Shown in pieces: positions 43,255-53,270 of a stretch of DNA of 64,000 nucleotides; the first letter of the stretch is position 1; every line of letters starts with the position of its first letter. A program made the position numbers and the translations under genes. The stretch is from a virus, in IMG/VR virus record IMGVR_UViG_3300032246_000393, positions 3,329 to 67,328 of that record; one strand, written 5' to 3'. The notes under the pieces were generated by a model, which worked only from the letters and a program-made list of their open reading frames with translations, had not been told where the DNA came from and did not search any database.

Positions 43255-45395
43255 TAGCGTCTCCCGTCAGGTCTAACATTAATTCGCGGTGTACCTAACT
43301 GCCACTGAGTGCCTAATGTATCGCACTCAATCTTAAACGCCATCTGTCTGCCACGTATGCGAGTGTTCACTAACTGAGTAAACTGCTGTACGTTGTACGT
43401 ACTACGCGACGAGTAAGAAACTGTGGCTGCCACCGCTGGAGTGTCCGCTGGGCCGTAGTTAGCACCGGGGTTTTGTCGTGGGCGCACAGTGAAATTAACT
43501 GATGGGAAACCCGGAGACGCTGTGTTTGATCCATCAAACGTAATATCTGGCACGATCTGCCATACGAACCCATAGTTATGTCCGTCACCAATATCAAAGT
43601 CAGACGACTGAATATATGAATCAATAGGCGAAGGTGGGTTAGTAGTACCGTCGTCAACCGCTGCTTCGTGGAACACCAGCAAGTTATTAAGCGTAGCTGC
43701 TTGTGGGTATTGACGTAATGGGCTATCTAACCAAGCAGAACGCGGCATCGTACCGTAGTACCAAACGCGATCCAAATAATTAAAGATCACATAGCGGTCA
43801 ATAGCATTTGAGTTTTGTGAACAATAGAACCACCACACTTCACTGTAACCCTCGTTCGTACCAGCAAAGCACTGGAACGATTGGTCTTTGTTAATGTCAT
43901 CAAACACATACTGACGCAGTGAGCATGGCAGCGTTTCTACGCGACCAGAATAAATATAAAACTTGTCCGTACCCATCCAGTAAGTAACACCGTTGGCTGT
44001 TGCCATAGCGTTAGGCGAAATGATGGAGATGTTATCCGATAGTAAGTTAAAGCCCCAGATGTAAGGTGGCCCCAAATACTGCATGGAGTAGATCGTAGAA
44101 TCCGTCCACACCAAAATCTCTTGACGAGTCTGTAGTGCACCTACAATGAACGAGCCGTGCGATAACCTATAGCTACCTGCTTGGTTTGTAACTGCTGGTG
44201 ACCAATTAGTGTAGTCTTCTTGCACCGACCAACGAACCAACATTGGGTCAAACGTACTGGCAGGAGTATCAAATGAATACGACGTAGCGCCAAACGCTAT
44301 ACAAATACGTGTGGCGTCTGACACCATAATCTGATTGGTTTGCGTTGGAACTTCGGAACCCGTAACAAGCGCACCGCGTGTAGCAAAGTCAGGTGTACCA
44401 GCACCGCCCGGTGCCCAGTAATAAATAGCGCCGCCGCGAGGCGAGAACAAAAGTACTTCACCAAAGTTAGCTTGGTTCCATAGACGTAACTGCAAACCAA
44501 TACCTGTAGACGCACCGGTGTAGCCTGAACCCCATGTACCGCGTGACCAAGGCCCTGCACCCCAACCTGTACCTACTTGGTATATTTCCAAACCCGCGTC
44601 AAGCTCATACTCAGCTTTAACTGATGCGCCGCCACCTGTAGTAGCTGCTGTGGAATAAATATACGCCCCAGTAGTTTGATCTGATACGGTGATTGTGTAC
44701 GTTGTGCCGGACAGGTATTGCACCTGAAAGCTTGGGATGTGCGTAGACGCACTAGTGTTCATAATCGTTGACGTAAACACATTAAACGTAGTTACATTGC
44801 TGTAATCCACAAAGCTATTATTCTCAACCACATGAGAAGCATCAGTAACAATTAACGTAGCGCAACCAACCGGCCTCCCCGTGCTATGTGTAGCTGCCGT
44901 AGTGCCGTTAACTCCACGAGTTAAACCTGTCAACGTACTGCCCGATACAGCAGCGTAAATCATTTCTTCTGAATCAATCTTTATACGTCCACCAATTGTT
45001 GGGAACGTCGAAGTGCTAGTTAGCGTAATCGTTGTAGCTGTAGCAGTAATACCGCCGTTAAGTGTGGAGTAGGCTGTAGCAAACGGATTGTTTGCCATTG
45101 GGTTGGTCGTTGCTGTAATAGGCGTGATGTCGTAATAAGTGCCGCCGTTTTCTACATAGAACTTTAGATGTGTGCCAACGCCAAGTAAGTTGTAACCCTT
45201 TAGCGTAACCCAATTCCACAATGATCGGCATGTGCCCAAAAAGGTATTGTAAGTAATTGCAGCCCAGCCACCAATTTTTTCAGGGTAGCCAGAACGAAAC
45301 CGCACTTTGTCGCACTCAAACCAACCACCTTCATTGGCAAGCGTCGTACCTTCGCGGTTAACTCCGGGGCGAAACTGTAATTTCTGTAAGGGCAT
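43254..45395 (-). CDS. tail nozzle / tubular protein B (packaged DNA stabilization protein)
   Basis: KVRFR.G.PEKIGGW, VRWS..E, beta-rich repeats, RGRQ, WQLG..R. Confidence 0.75.
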   Translation of the reverse strand: MPLQKLQFRPGVNREGTTLANEGGWFECDKVRFRSGYPEKIGGWAAITYNTFLGTCRSLWNWVTLKGYNLLGVGTHLKFYVENGGTYYDITPITATTNPMANNPFATAYSTLNGGITATATTITLTSTSTFPTIGGRIKIDSEEMIYAAVSGSTLTGLTRGVNGTTAATHSTGRPVGCATLIVTDASHVVENNSFVDYSNVTTFNVFTSTIMNTSASTHIPSFQVQYLSGTTYTITVSDQTTGAYIYSTAATTGGGASVKAEYELDAGLEIYQVGTGWGAGPWSRGTWGSGYTGASTGIGLQLRLWNQANFGEVLLFSPRGGAIYYWAPGGAGTPDFATRGALVTGSEVPTQTNQIMVSDATRICIAFGATSYSFDTPASTFDPMLVRWSVQEDYTNWSPAVTNQAGSYRLSHGSFIVGALQTRQEILVWTDSTIYSMQYLGPPYIWGFNLLSDNISIISPNAMATANGVTYWMGTDKFYIYSGRVETLPCSLRQYVFDDINKDQSFQCFAGTNEGYSEVWWFYCSQNSNAIDRYVIFNYLDRVWYYGTMPRSAWLDSPLRQYPQAATLNNLLVFHEAAVDDGTTNPPSPIDSYIQSSDFDIGDGHNYGFVWQIVPDITFDGSNTASPGFPSVNFTVRPRQNPGANYGPADTPAVAATVSYSSRSTYNVQQFTQLVNTRIRGRQMAFKIECDTLGTQWQLGTPRINVRPDGRR

Positions 45396-45405
45396 CTAAT
45401 GCTCC

Positions 45406-46434
45406 TTAAGCTTTCATGATGTAGCAAAGTGCGTAGTACGGGGGTAGGTTTGCGTTTGTGCCTGATGAACCGTTAGCCGACGTAGTACCTGAGAATGAGT
45501 GGCTGTGTGTGCCTTCTTCTGACATTACGTTTGCACCGCCATAGCTAGTTACAAAACTTTCACTTGTTGGAGAGCTACTAATACCCGCAACCTTTGATGT
45601 TTCACCACCAAGAACTTTAAGCGAACCTCCAGCATTACCGTTTAACCCGTGACGGTGAGCGCCTGCGGAATTTGTATTACCGCTATATGTGTGGTCGTGG
45701 CTAACAAGTATTGCGTTTGCACTACCGCCTGTTGCATTAACAGCGTAACTAGAACCTGCGCCTACTACAAAACGGTCACGCAAATCCGGGGTGCCGTTGG
45801 AGCCGTTACACAAATACCAACCAGCAGGAATTGAACCGACCGAGCCGTTCCACAACAAAATAGCGCCAGCAGGTATACCGCCAGACACCGCCGAAGAAAC
45901 AAACGCGGTTGTCGCAAACTTAGTACTGCTATCTCCTGAAGAAGGCGTAACACCTGTAGCCGTTCCAGCCACCGAAAAGTTTCCGCCCACACCCAACGCG
46001 CCGCTGATGTAGTTAGTCTGGTCAACAATGTTGGTACCATCGCAACGCACTAGCATAGACGTGGAAGTTGGTACAGTGATACCTGAACCCGCCGCTGTGG
46101 TGTTACCTGCTACCGTACTTGCGTAGAGTGTGCAGGTGTAGGTTGCGCTTGTGTTTCTAACAGCGTAAAGCTTGGGAACTGGTGGCACATAGACGTTGTA
46201 ATTTGATGCAGCCGCCGTATTTAGTACGAGGGTTGAGCACCGCGCTTGGTCTTGCGCCCCGTTAAACACCGTCAAAGCTTGTGCAGCAGAAGCCGTAGTA
46301 ACCGTTGCCGCCCCAGCGATAGCGTCTTCTATAAGAGTGCCGAGGTTCAAGTTGGTGATGGTGCCCCACGTTCCTGACTTCTCGCCGTTGGCAATCAGTT
46401 CTATTCGTAGGTCGGGTGAGTAGGTACTTGCCAT
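45406..46434 (-). CDS. tail needle/fibre with collar domain
   Basis: ATTAFV; PAGAI.LW.G....IPAGWYLCNG.NGTPDLRDRFVVG; His motifs; NLPPYYAL.YIMK. Confidence 0.8.
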   Translation of the reverse strand: MASTYSPDLRIELIANGEKSGTWGTITNLNLGTLIEDAIAGAATVTTASAAQALTVFNGAQDQARCSTLVLNTAAASNYNVYVPPVPKLYAVRNTSATYTCTLYASTVAGNTTAAGSGITVPTSTSMLVRCDGTNIVDQTNYISGALGVGGNFSVAGTATGVTPSSGDSSTKFATTAFVSSAVSGGIPAGAILLWNGSVGSIPAGWYLCNGSNGTPDLRDRFVVGAGSSYAVNATGGSANAILVSHDHTYSGNTNSAGAHRHGLNGNAGGSLKVLGGETSKVAGISSSPTSESFVTSYGGANVMSEEGTHSHSFSGTTSANGSSGTNANLPPYYALCYIMKA

Positions 46435-46435
46435 G

Positions 46436-46915
46436 TTAGTTCCCTAAATAGATTGAACGTTCGTCTTTGCGGCGGTTCTCAAGACCTCTTAGGACTTTAC
46501 CACCAGATTTACAATATTTTAAAAATTCGTCGGCTGCGCCTTGGTAGTCGCCCCGGTTATGCTTTTGTCGCAGTGTGCTGCGCTGCAAAGTTCCCAAACC
46601 TAGGTTGAAGCTAAAACTGACCAGAGCGTCCATCCAGCCTTGCTTAGAGCCAGCGTTAGGACAATATTTAAGAACTCCGCGCTCGAACCTCTCAAGGTCT
46701 TTTGCAAGTATGGCATCGACTTCTTCCATTGTAAATGTGCGGTTGTCTTCAGGTCTAATCGGGTATTTAAGCCGGTCTTCCGTAGTGAGCTTCGCTTGCT
46801 CCGGATAAAGTACATGCCCCACGCCGATTGTGTGCAGTGCAGCGGGGCACCGGTAAGGTTTATTCCTTACCCCCTCGTGGTGTTTAATCATGTTTAAAGC
46901 TTTGGGGCTTATCAT
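46436..46915 (-). CDS. endolysin, phage lysozyme (GH24)
   Basis: HEG.R.KPY.C.A...TIG.GH, ALVSF.FNLG, L.GL..RR..E. Confidence 0.92.
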   Translation of the reverse strand: MISPKALNMIKHHEGVRNKPYRCPAALHTIGVGHVLYPEQAKLTTEDRLKYPIRPEDNRTFTMEEVDAILAKDLERFERGVLKYCPNAGSKQGWMDALVSFSFNLGLGTLQRSTLRQKHNRGDYQGAADEFLKYCKSGGKVLRGLENRRKDERSIYLGN

Positions 46916-47427
46916 TTTCCAAACGCCCGACCGCCAAAATGAAAGCTAATGATTGCAGCGAATAGTGCTTGGGTTTCGTCATCCCACAGTTGGTCAGCTA
47001 ATGTATTAAACTCCACACCGCTGCTTATACCTTTGTACGCCAGCGTTGCATCAATAGCTACTAATAGGAAGAAGAAACCGTAGGTAATAACAGGGCGAAC
47101 TGAAGCGCGTAAGTCTTTCATCCATGTGGATGTGCCCTCAGAAAGTGCCGCGTCATGCGCGTATATGGCATTCATCTCCGCTTTTTGTGCGTCGATTAGC
47201 GAGACTTTCTCCGCAGATTGTGTCTGGGTTCTGATCTCGTCTAACTTAATAGCTTCGATCTGTTGTTGAGCAGCGTAGCCTGCAGCGGCTAATTGCAGTT
47301 CCCGTTCAGTTTGCATCTTGGCAAGAGCAAGTTCATGTGATTTGTCTGACTTGTCTTGAAAAAAGTCTAGTATCTTAGGCAAGCCGCCCATTAAAAAAGA
47401 TACAAAAGTTGAAAGTAGTGTCAGCAT
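46912..47427 (-). CDS. putative holin (3TM type)
   Basis: N-terminal hydrophobic segment, SVRPVITY, FHFGGR; adjacent to endolysin. Confidence 0.7.
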   Translation of the reverse strand: MLTLLSTFVSFLMGGLPKILDFFQDKSDKSHELALAKMQTERELQLAAAGYAAQQQIEAIKLDEIRTQTQSAEKVSLIDAQKAEMNAIYAHDAALSEGTSTWMKDLRASVRPVITYGFFFLLVAIDATLAYKGISSGVEFNTLADQLWDDETQALFAAIISFHFGGRAFGK

Positions 47428-47720
47428 TATTCCCCCTGAATTTCTAAAAGTATCTTTGCACGTAACTCACGCATCTTGCGTGTCTCTTCCATCGCTCGAG
47501 CCGTAGCGTTGTTCATATCCATGTACATTATCCCCATCACGGGGAGAGCAATCACTAACACAAAACACAAGACCACCACGGCGATGAGTAAGCTCCACGG
47601 TACGTCGCGCTCGTTCTTATCAGTATCATTACCCATAGGAACCACAATATTATGAACACGACCGCGAGAATTGATGTCATCTGTTCCGCGATTTTTCTTT
47701 TTATACTTGCCCGTCGCCAT
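47427..47720 (-). CDS. single-TM protein (lysis accessory?)
   Basis: TM helix plus short coiled coil; overlaps upstream gene; start uncertain. Confidence 0.55.
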   Translation of the reverse strand: MATGKYKKKNRGTDDINSRGRVHNIVVPMGNDTDKNERDVPWSLLIAVVVLCFVLVIALPVMGIMYMDMNNATARAMEETRKMRELRAKILLEIQGE

Positions 47721-48166
47721 TGAGCCGCCTGTTGCTTTAGTAGTTCCTGACGTTGGACTTCAGCACGTTCTGCTTTCACCCTGTCGCGCATTACTTCAAA
47801 CTCTGACCAAATAGCACCAAGTTCTTTGGGTGCTTGGTACACCATCATTTCGCGCAACTCAGTTTCCAACCGAATCATTTCTTTTACTGCCATGACTCTG
47901 TTAAATGCTTCCTGATTTACAGACAGCTCAGGATCACGCGACTTCTTAGCCTTTAACTCTTCTTCATGTACATGTGTTTCTAACTGCTCATGCGCTTTAA
48001 AGAAATGACCAAGGTGTCCGCTTAGATCAGCGACAACATCCTTGGCCTGTCCATACGCATCTACTAGCTCCATCCCTTGCGCTTTGTACTCTTGGTACAT
48101 CTCACAGCCTTTGCGTATTGCAGCGGCTGCGGTTTTTGCTGCGGCTAGGAGGGTAAGCGGGTCCAC
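47555..48166 (-). CDS. coiled-coil protein with C-terminal TM
   Basis: MDP.TLLA..., E.ELRE...Y, C-terminal TM. Confidence 0.7.
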   Translation of the reverse strand: MDPLTLLAAAKTAAAAIRKGCEMYQEYKAQGMELVDAYGQAKDVVADLSGHLGHFFKAHEQLETHVHEEELKAKKSRDPELSVNQEAFNRVMAVKEMIRLETELREMMVYQAPKELGAIWSEFEVMRDRVKAERAEVQRQELLKQQAAQWRRASIKRKIAEQMTSILAVVFIILWFLWVMILIRTSATYRGAYSSPWWSCVLC

Positions 48167-48504
48167 GATGTAGTGTCTTCATCCCATCTGTACATGCCAC
48201 CATCTGTAGGCATAGGAGTAGGTGGTTGCCACTGAGCATCAGCATCTAGCGTCCAGCTTGGATATGTCTGTGGGGGTACAAACGCATCGATGTCTTCACG
48301 GTAGGTAAATCCAATACCAGCATAGTTTTTACGCTTGTTACCGTTGTAGCTAGTTTGCACCCAACGACCGCCAAGTACGCGCTCGCAGAACGCAGCACCA
48401 ATATGTTCTTTCTCAGTACCGTAAGCATCGGATGTGTCTTTGTTATCGACTACGATGACTTGGATAACAACATTGTTGCTATCTAATTGAGCAAAATGCG
48501 CCAT
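48145..48504 (-). CDS. putative fibre-associated/chaperone protein
   Basis: MAHFA.LD.NN.V, W.QTSYN...RKNYAGIG, W.PP.P.P, Y.WDE. Confidence 0.7.
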   Translation of the reverse strand: MAHFAQLDSNNVVIQVIVVDNKDTSDAYGTEKEHIGAAFCERVLGGRWVQTSYNGNKRKNYAGIGFTYREDIDAFVPPQTYPSWTLDADAQWQPPTPMPTDGGMYRWDEDTTSWTRLPS

Positions 48505-49112
48505 TACTCTTCTCCTAAATGTAATCCAGTCAGACTTTCATCTGAACCTATGTAACCTTTAACAAAGGTGTTAAACGAAATACTGATACGAGTTCCATCA
48601 CCTTGCTTGGTCTGAACCATGTGCGTCAAGTTGGATGGAAAAATAATTAAGTCCCCTGCACCAGTCTCAAACCACCAGCTTTCACTATTCCAGTGATTGA
48701 AGTTTTCAGTTGGAATTTTGATACGCTCGTAACCATCTTTGTAAAAATAAATTCTGTCTGTTTCTCTGTTTGCCTGCGGGTAAAACACGCCAGATATAAT
48801 GCTGTTAGGGTGAGCATGTTTGTGGTGATACTGCCCCGGCTCTGTGTAGTTAGACCACGACTGAGTGATATACGGTGTTACGTCATGTTTAGGTGCATGG
48901 ACTGATTTAAAATAATCCAGCATCGCGGTTTCAATAAACTCACGAATTTCTGTCATTTCAACAGCCTGCAACAGTTTTCTGTTTTCGCTAGTGGTATTAC
49001 CTTCATTGGGATAACGCACCTGACCTATGATGAACTCCAACTCACGGGCGGTAAGATCACGACCGAGTTTGGAAAAACCTACCGCTGTGGGGAATAGGTT
49101 GTGTATGTTCAT
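48504..49112 (-). CDS. TIGR02466-like 2OG-Fe(II) oxygenase
   Basis: LFPT, SW.N, HxH (HAHPNS), SGVFY, FPS.L.H.V, RISISFN. Confidence 0.85.
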   Translation of the reverse strand: MNIHNLFPTAVGFSKLGRDLTARELEFIIGQVRYPNEGNTTSENRKLLQAVEMTEIREFIETAMLDYFKSVHAPKHDVTPYITQSWSNYTEPGQYHHKHAHPNSIISGVFYPQANRETDRIYFYKDGYERIKIPTENFNHWNSESWWFETGAGDLIIFPSNLTHMVQTKQGDGTRISISFNTFVKGYIGSDESLTGLHLGEE

Positions 49113-49363
49113 GCAACCGCCCGGTCGTACATTTCTTGCTGACCACGAAATTGTTCTATCTGCTCTTGAGTCCAAATTGTATTGATGCTGTCCTCAAATG
49201 CTTTTATCTTCTCCATTGTTTCTTTCACTTCTTCCATAGTTGGACACGGGCGTGGGTCTTCCCAACGTGTGAACATGGTGTTGCTGATTTCCCACTTAGC
49301 GCCGGGGCGCAATAAGTGCATAGCTGTGTCAATACCGTAGAGTTGATAAATTTTATTGTCCAT
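49109..49363 (-). CDS. small fibre-associated (XkdW-like) protein
   Basis: A...LRPGA.W, W.D.RP.PT..E. Confidence 0.6.
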   Translation of the reverse strand: MDNKIYQLYGIDTAMHLLRPGAKWEISNTMFTRWEDPRPCPTMEEVKETMEKIKAFEDSINTIWTQEQIEQFRGQQEMYDRAVA

Positions 49364-49366
49364 AAA

Positions 49367-51019
49367 TTAGCTGTAATTTAGTTTAATAATAACAATCCCT
49401 GAACCACCACTTGCTCCACCACCATTAGAACCCCCGCCACCACCGGCACCTCCACCAGTGTTAGCAGTTGCATTATTGCCGGGGCCGCCGTTTACATGGC
49501 TGCCGTTAGCTCCACCTCCAGCGCCTCCTATACCACCAGAGTAAGTTTCAACACTACCACCGCCACCACCACCCGCATACATTACAGACCTTCCTGTAAG
49601 CACAGAGGCTAAACCTGAACCACCATTTCCGGCGACAAGATATGTAGTGTTAGTACCAGCAGCACCTGCGCCACCGCCACCGCCTCCAGCGTATAAGTTA
49701 GAGCCGTTAGGTGATGATCCACCGTTATTTCCTTGAGATGGGCTAGTAGCTGGAGTATTGCCTAAACCTCCTGCCAAAGTTCCACCGCCACCACCACTTG
49801 AACCACCACCACCTGAACCACCATTACCACCTGCGGTACCAGAAGGGCCACTACCAACTCCAGCACCGCCACCAGTAGAAGTTATAGTGTAAAAAGTTGA
49901 ATCCGAACCGGCAGCACCTGCACCGCCGCCTGCGCCAACAGTAATTGTAGATGTGTTGCCAGCAGTTACAGCGTAAGCAGTTCCAGTTCTAAATCCGCCT
50001 GCTCCACCACCGCCACCCCAGTTTTGACCAGCACCTGCACCACCACCAACAACTAAATAATCCACGCTAACAACACCAGTAGGTATTGTGTATGACTGTG
50101 TAGATGTAAAAGAAACAGGAGCAGTAACAACAGGGGCTACATATCTAATAATAACTATACCGCTGCCTCCAGCACCACCAGCTGCATTACTTGCACCGCC
50201 ACCACCACCGCCGCCGCCTGTATTTGTTGTTCCAAAGCTTCCAGCAGTTTGACTTCCATTACCGCCACCTCCGGCACCGCCTGTTCCAGCACCAGCGGCA
50301 TATCCGCCACCGCCACCACCACCCGCATAAGTTACAGAGGAACCAGATAAAGTAGATGCAGTACCAGCACCACCATCAGCACTTGGGTAACTCCCTCCAA
50401 CAGCAGATGCACCGCCGCCGCCACCGCCTCTTGCGCCTGTACCAGAAGTATTATCACCAGTACCGCCAGTGCTTCCTTGAGATGGTGTAGTAGATGGTGT
50501 GTTACCAGCTCCGCCAGTTCTGGGGCCAGTATATCCACCACCTCCGCCACCAGAACCACCGGCACCACCGTTAGCAGAAGCTGGGCCACCAGCACCACCG
50601 TAGCCGCCTCCTGCAGAATTTATAGTAGAAAACAAGCTATAACCCCCAGCAACACCGGGATTTCCTTGCCCACTAAGACCATAAGTACCACCTGCACCAA
50701 CAGCAACAGCATACGTAGTTCCGGGAACAACAGCCAACCCAGTACCGGTAAGAAATCCACCCGCACCACCACCGCCACCAACATTACTAGCGCCCCCGCC
50801 ACCACCAGCTACTACAAGATAATCAACCTGCGTAACACCAGTAGGTGCAGTCCAATAACCAGAAGAAGTAAAGCTAGTAGTAACAGTTGTTCCAATGCCG
50901 GGCCACACGCCGCCCTTAATAGCTTGCAGCGCTTGTTGCAGCGTCCACACACCTGAGGCTTGTGTAGTCGATATTGTTACCGGATTCTTTGTGATGATCC
51001 GACCGGGATAATTACTCAT
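49367..51019 (-). CDS. glycine-rich fibre/adhesin 2 (two Gly-rich domains)
   Basis: 2x VDYLVV.GGG..GGGGAGGF.TG ... YAGGGGGG ... GGSGIVII. Confidence 0.8.
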   Translation of the reverse strand: MSNYPGRIITKNPVTISTTQASGVWTLQQALQAIKGGVWPGIGTTVTTSFTSSGYWTAPTGVTQVDYLVVAGGGGGASNVGGGGGAGGFLTGTGLAVVPGTTYAVAVGAGGTYGLSGQGNPGVAGGYSLFSTINSAGGGYGGAGGPASANGGAGGSGGGGGGYTGPRTGGAGNTPSTTPSQGSTGGTGDNTSGTGARGGGGGGASAVGGSYPSADGGAGTASTLSGSSVTYAGGGGGGGYAAGAGTGGAGGGGNGSQTAGSFGTTNTGGGGGGGGASNAAGGAGGSGIVIIRYVAPVVTAPVSFTSTQSYTIPTGVVSVDYLVVGGGAGAGQNWGGGGGAGGFRTGTAYAVTAGNTSTITVGAGGGAGAAGSDSTFYTITSTGGGAGVGSGPSGTAGGNGGSGGGGSSGGGGGTLAGGLGNTPATSPSQGNNGGSSPNGSNLYAGGGGGGAGAAGTNTTYLVAGNGGSGLASVLTGRSVMYAGGGGGGSVETYSGGIGGAGGGANGSHVNGGPGNNATANTGGGAGGGGGSNGGGASGGSGIVIIKLNYS

Positions 51020-51027
51020 CGTTCACC

Positions 51028-51609
51028 TTAATAAGCGTTAAAACTTATGATTGTTCTATTCTTGGTGTTATTAACTACACCGTTCGAACCATGACATAAC
51101 CAAGAAGGGAAAATATACAACTCTCCATTTTTTGGTTGAAACTTAAACCATAAATAAGAATACTCTGTAGCACTTTTGCAAAACGTGTTGTAGACATGTT
51201 GATTAGGGTTAAAAAAATACAACGGACTGCTTTCTTCATCAACATTTATATACAACACTCCACTAAACGTACTTAACGGATGCGTATGGTTATCTAGTTT
51301 GCTCCCAACATCTTGGACACTGTACCAAGAATTTTCCATTTTGCTGAAGTTAAAACCAGATGCAGCCGCATAGTTTTGTACAGCCACTTGCATCCGATTA
51401 CCAAGATCAGGACACACAGAAACATTGTTAATAAAATCACTGGCAAGTCCAAAATTTGATCTTGAATCGCCACCTACAATTAAATTGTGCTTTTTTCCAT
51501 CGTTCAAATTTTTTATGTACTCAAATACAGTTACGCATTCAGTAGCAGATAAAAAATTATCAACTCTCTGTACTAGCGTTGGAAACAATGCAAAATTATT
51601 TGTACTCAT
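51028..51609 (-). CDS. TIGR02466-like 2OG-Fe(II) oxygenase
   Basis: LFPT, SW, HTH, SGVLY, FPSWL.H, RTIISFN; AT-rich. Confidence 0.85.
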   Translation of the reverse strand: MSTNNFALFPTLVQRVDNFLSATECVTVFEYIKNLNDGKKHNLIVGGDSRSNFGLASDFINNVSVCPDLGNRMQVAVQNYAAASGFNFSKMENSWYSVQDVGSKLDNHTHPLSTFSGVLYINVDEESSPLYFFNPNQHVYNTFCKSATEYSYLWFKFQPKNGELYIFPSWLCHGSNGVVNNTKNRTIISFNAY

Positions 51610-53258
51610 TAAGCGTTAAGTTTAAGAACAACTATGCCAGAACCACCATTAGACCCACTAATAAAAGTGGTTGAATTACCACCACCTCCACCTCCGCCGC
51701 CTGTGTTGTTTGTACCATCAATATTAGAACCACCAGCAGTGCCGCCACCTGTTCCACCAGAACCGCCGGGTCTAGAACCTCGTGAATCACCACACCCACC
51801 ACCTCCACCTGCATAAGTTACAGATGTTCCAGTAATAGAGCTTGCGGTTCCTGCTCCACCATTACCGCCTTGACTACCATTTCCTGCGGCTCCAGCAGCA
51901 GATGCACCACCGCCTCCGCCACTTGTGTAATAAGACGAACCGTCTGTAGAACCACCCGCTCCACTGTTTCCTTGAGATGGTGACGTAGTTGGCGTATTAC
52001 CTGAGGCTCCAGAAAAACCCGGAGGATTACCAGCACCACCACCACCAGAACCGCCGGCTGTACCGTTAAAACTTTGGCTTCCGCCTGCTCCACCACCAGC
52101 AGAAGTGATAGTAGAAAAAGTTGAACTTCCGCCATTTAAAGAATTTGTGCGTGGGGTTCCAGCTCCCCCAGCGCCACCAGCGCCAACGACGATTGTATAC
52201 GTAGTACCGGGGGTGACAGAAAAAGAAGTACCTGTTCTAAAGCCACCAGCACCGCCTCCGCCACCAGAAGAACCACCACCGCCTCCACCACCAACAACCA
52301 AATAGTCAACGCTACTAATACCGTATGGCATTGTGTACGGAGTAGTGCTGTTAAACGAAACTACAGTAACTTGATTAGAGACTGTGTATCTAAGAATGAC
52401 TATGCCTGAGCCACCTGCGCCGCCGGGGCCGGGTGTACCAGCGCCATAACCACCGCCACCACCACCACCGGTATTTCCCGCTCCTGATGTTGCGTTTGGT
52501 GATGAGTCAAATCCACCATTGCCACCGCCGCCTATTCCACCAAGTCCCGGAATAACGCCAGTTGTATTGTTTCCACCACCGCCTCCGCCAGCATAATAAA
52601 CACCTGTGCCTGATAAAGATGAAGCTAAACCAGAGCCCCCATTACCACCAGCCAATTGCGTAGCAGTAATATTAGTGCCTGCAGAACCAGCACCGCCACC
52701 ACCTGCGCCATTAAAGCTTCCTGTGCCACTTACATATCCACCATTGTTTCCTTGCGATGGACTTGTGCTTGGGGTATTACCAACGCCAAAAGAGCTAACA
52801 CTATTAGCATCCCTACCAGCCCCGCCGCCAGAACCTCCTGAACCACCAGTAGCACCATTACCACCGCCGTAACCACCACCAGCCGATGTTATAGATGCTG
52901 GCGCACCAATCGAAGAACTTCCACCAGCAACACCATTGCCGTTACTAGTACCAGCAGTCCCGCCTGAACCAACAGTTATCGTATAGGATGTGCCGGGCGT
53001 AACAGCTAATGCTGTACCTGTTCTAAAACCTCCGCCACCTCCGCCACCACCATTGGAACCGCCGCCACCACCCCCAGCTACGATCAAATAATCTACAGAT
53101 GTAACGCCAGCAGGGGCAACCCACGTAGAAGTTGAAGTAAATATTTGAACTACAACAGATGCTGTTGGAGATAATCCTGTAAGCGTCCAAATGCCTGACC
53201 CGCGAAATGCAGGCGGTATAGCATTTATTATTTGACCGGGATAACCATGAATTGCCAT
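51609..53258 (-). CDS. glycine-rich fibre/adhesin 1 (two Gly-rich domains)
   Basis: Same duplicated architecture as 49367-51019. Confidence 0.8.
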   Translation of the reverse strand: MAIHGYPGQIINAIPPAFRGSGIWTLTGLSPTASVVVQIFTSTSTWVAPAGVTSVDYLIVAGGGGGGSNGGGGGGGGFRTGTALAVTPGTSYTITVGSGGTAGTSNGNGVAGGSSSIGAPASITSAGGGYGGGNGATGGSGGSGGGAGRDANSVSSFGVGNTPSTSPSQGNNGGYVSGTGSFNGAGGGGAGSAGTNITATQLAGGNGGSGLASSLSGTGVYYAGGGGGGNNTTGVIPGLGGIGGGGNGGFDSSPNATSGAGNTGGGGGGGYGAGTPGPGGAGGSGIVILRYTVSNQVTVVSFNSTTPYTMPYGISSVDYLVVGGGGGGGSSGGGGGAGGFRTGTSFSVTPGTTYTIVVGAGGAGGAGTPRTNSLNGGSSTFSTITSAGGGAGGSQSFNGTAGGSGGGGAGNPPGFSGASGNTPTTSPSQGNSGAGGSTDGSSYYTSGGGGGASAAGAAGNGSQGGNGGAGTASSITGTSVTYAGGGGGCGDSRGSRPGGSGGTGGGTAGGSNIDGTNNTGGGGGGGGNSTTFISGSNGGSGIVVLKLNA

Positions 53259-53270
53259 AGCAACCCCTTA

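Noticed and set aside
46022-48478. Palindrome-like CAACAATGTTG (46023) and CAACATTGTTG (48468)
   Set aside because: Differ from the TAACAWTGTTA core at both outer positions and are isolated; treated as chance
49367-53258. Diversity-generating retroelement or collagen-like repeats
   Set aside because: No reverse transcriptase, no near-identical template/variable pair differing at adenines; Gly runs are not Gly-X-Y
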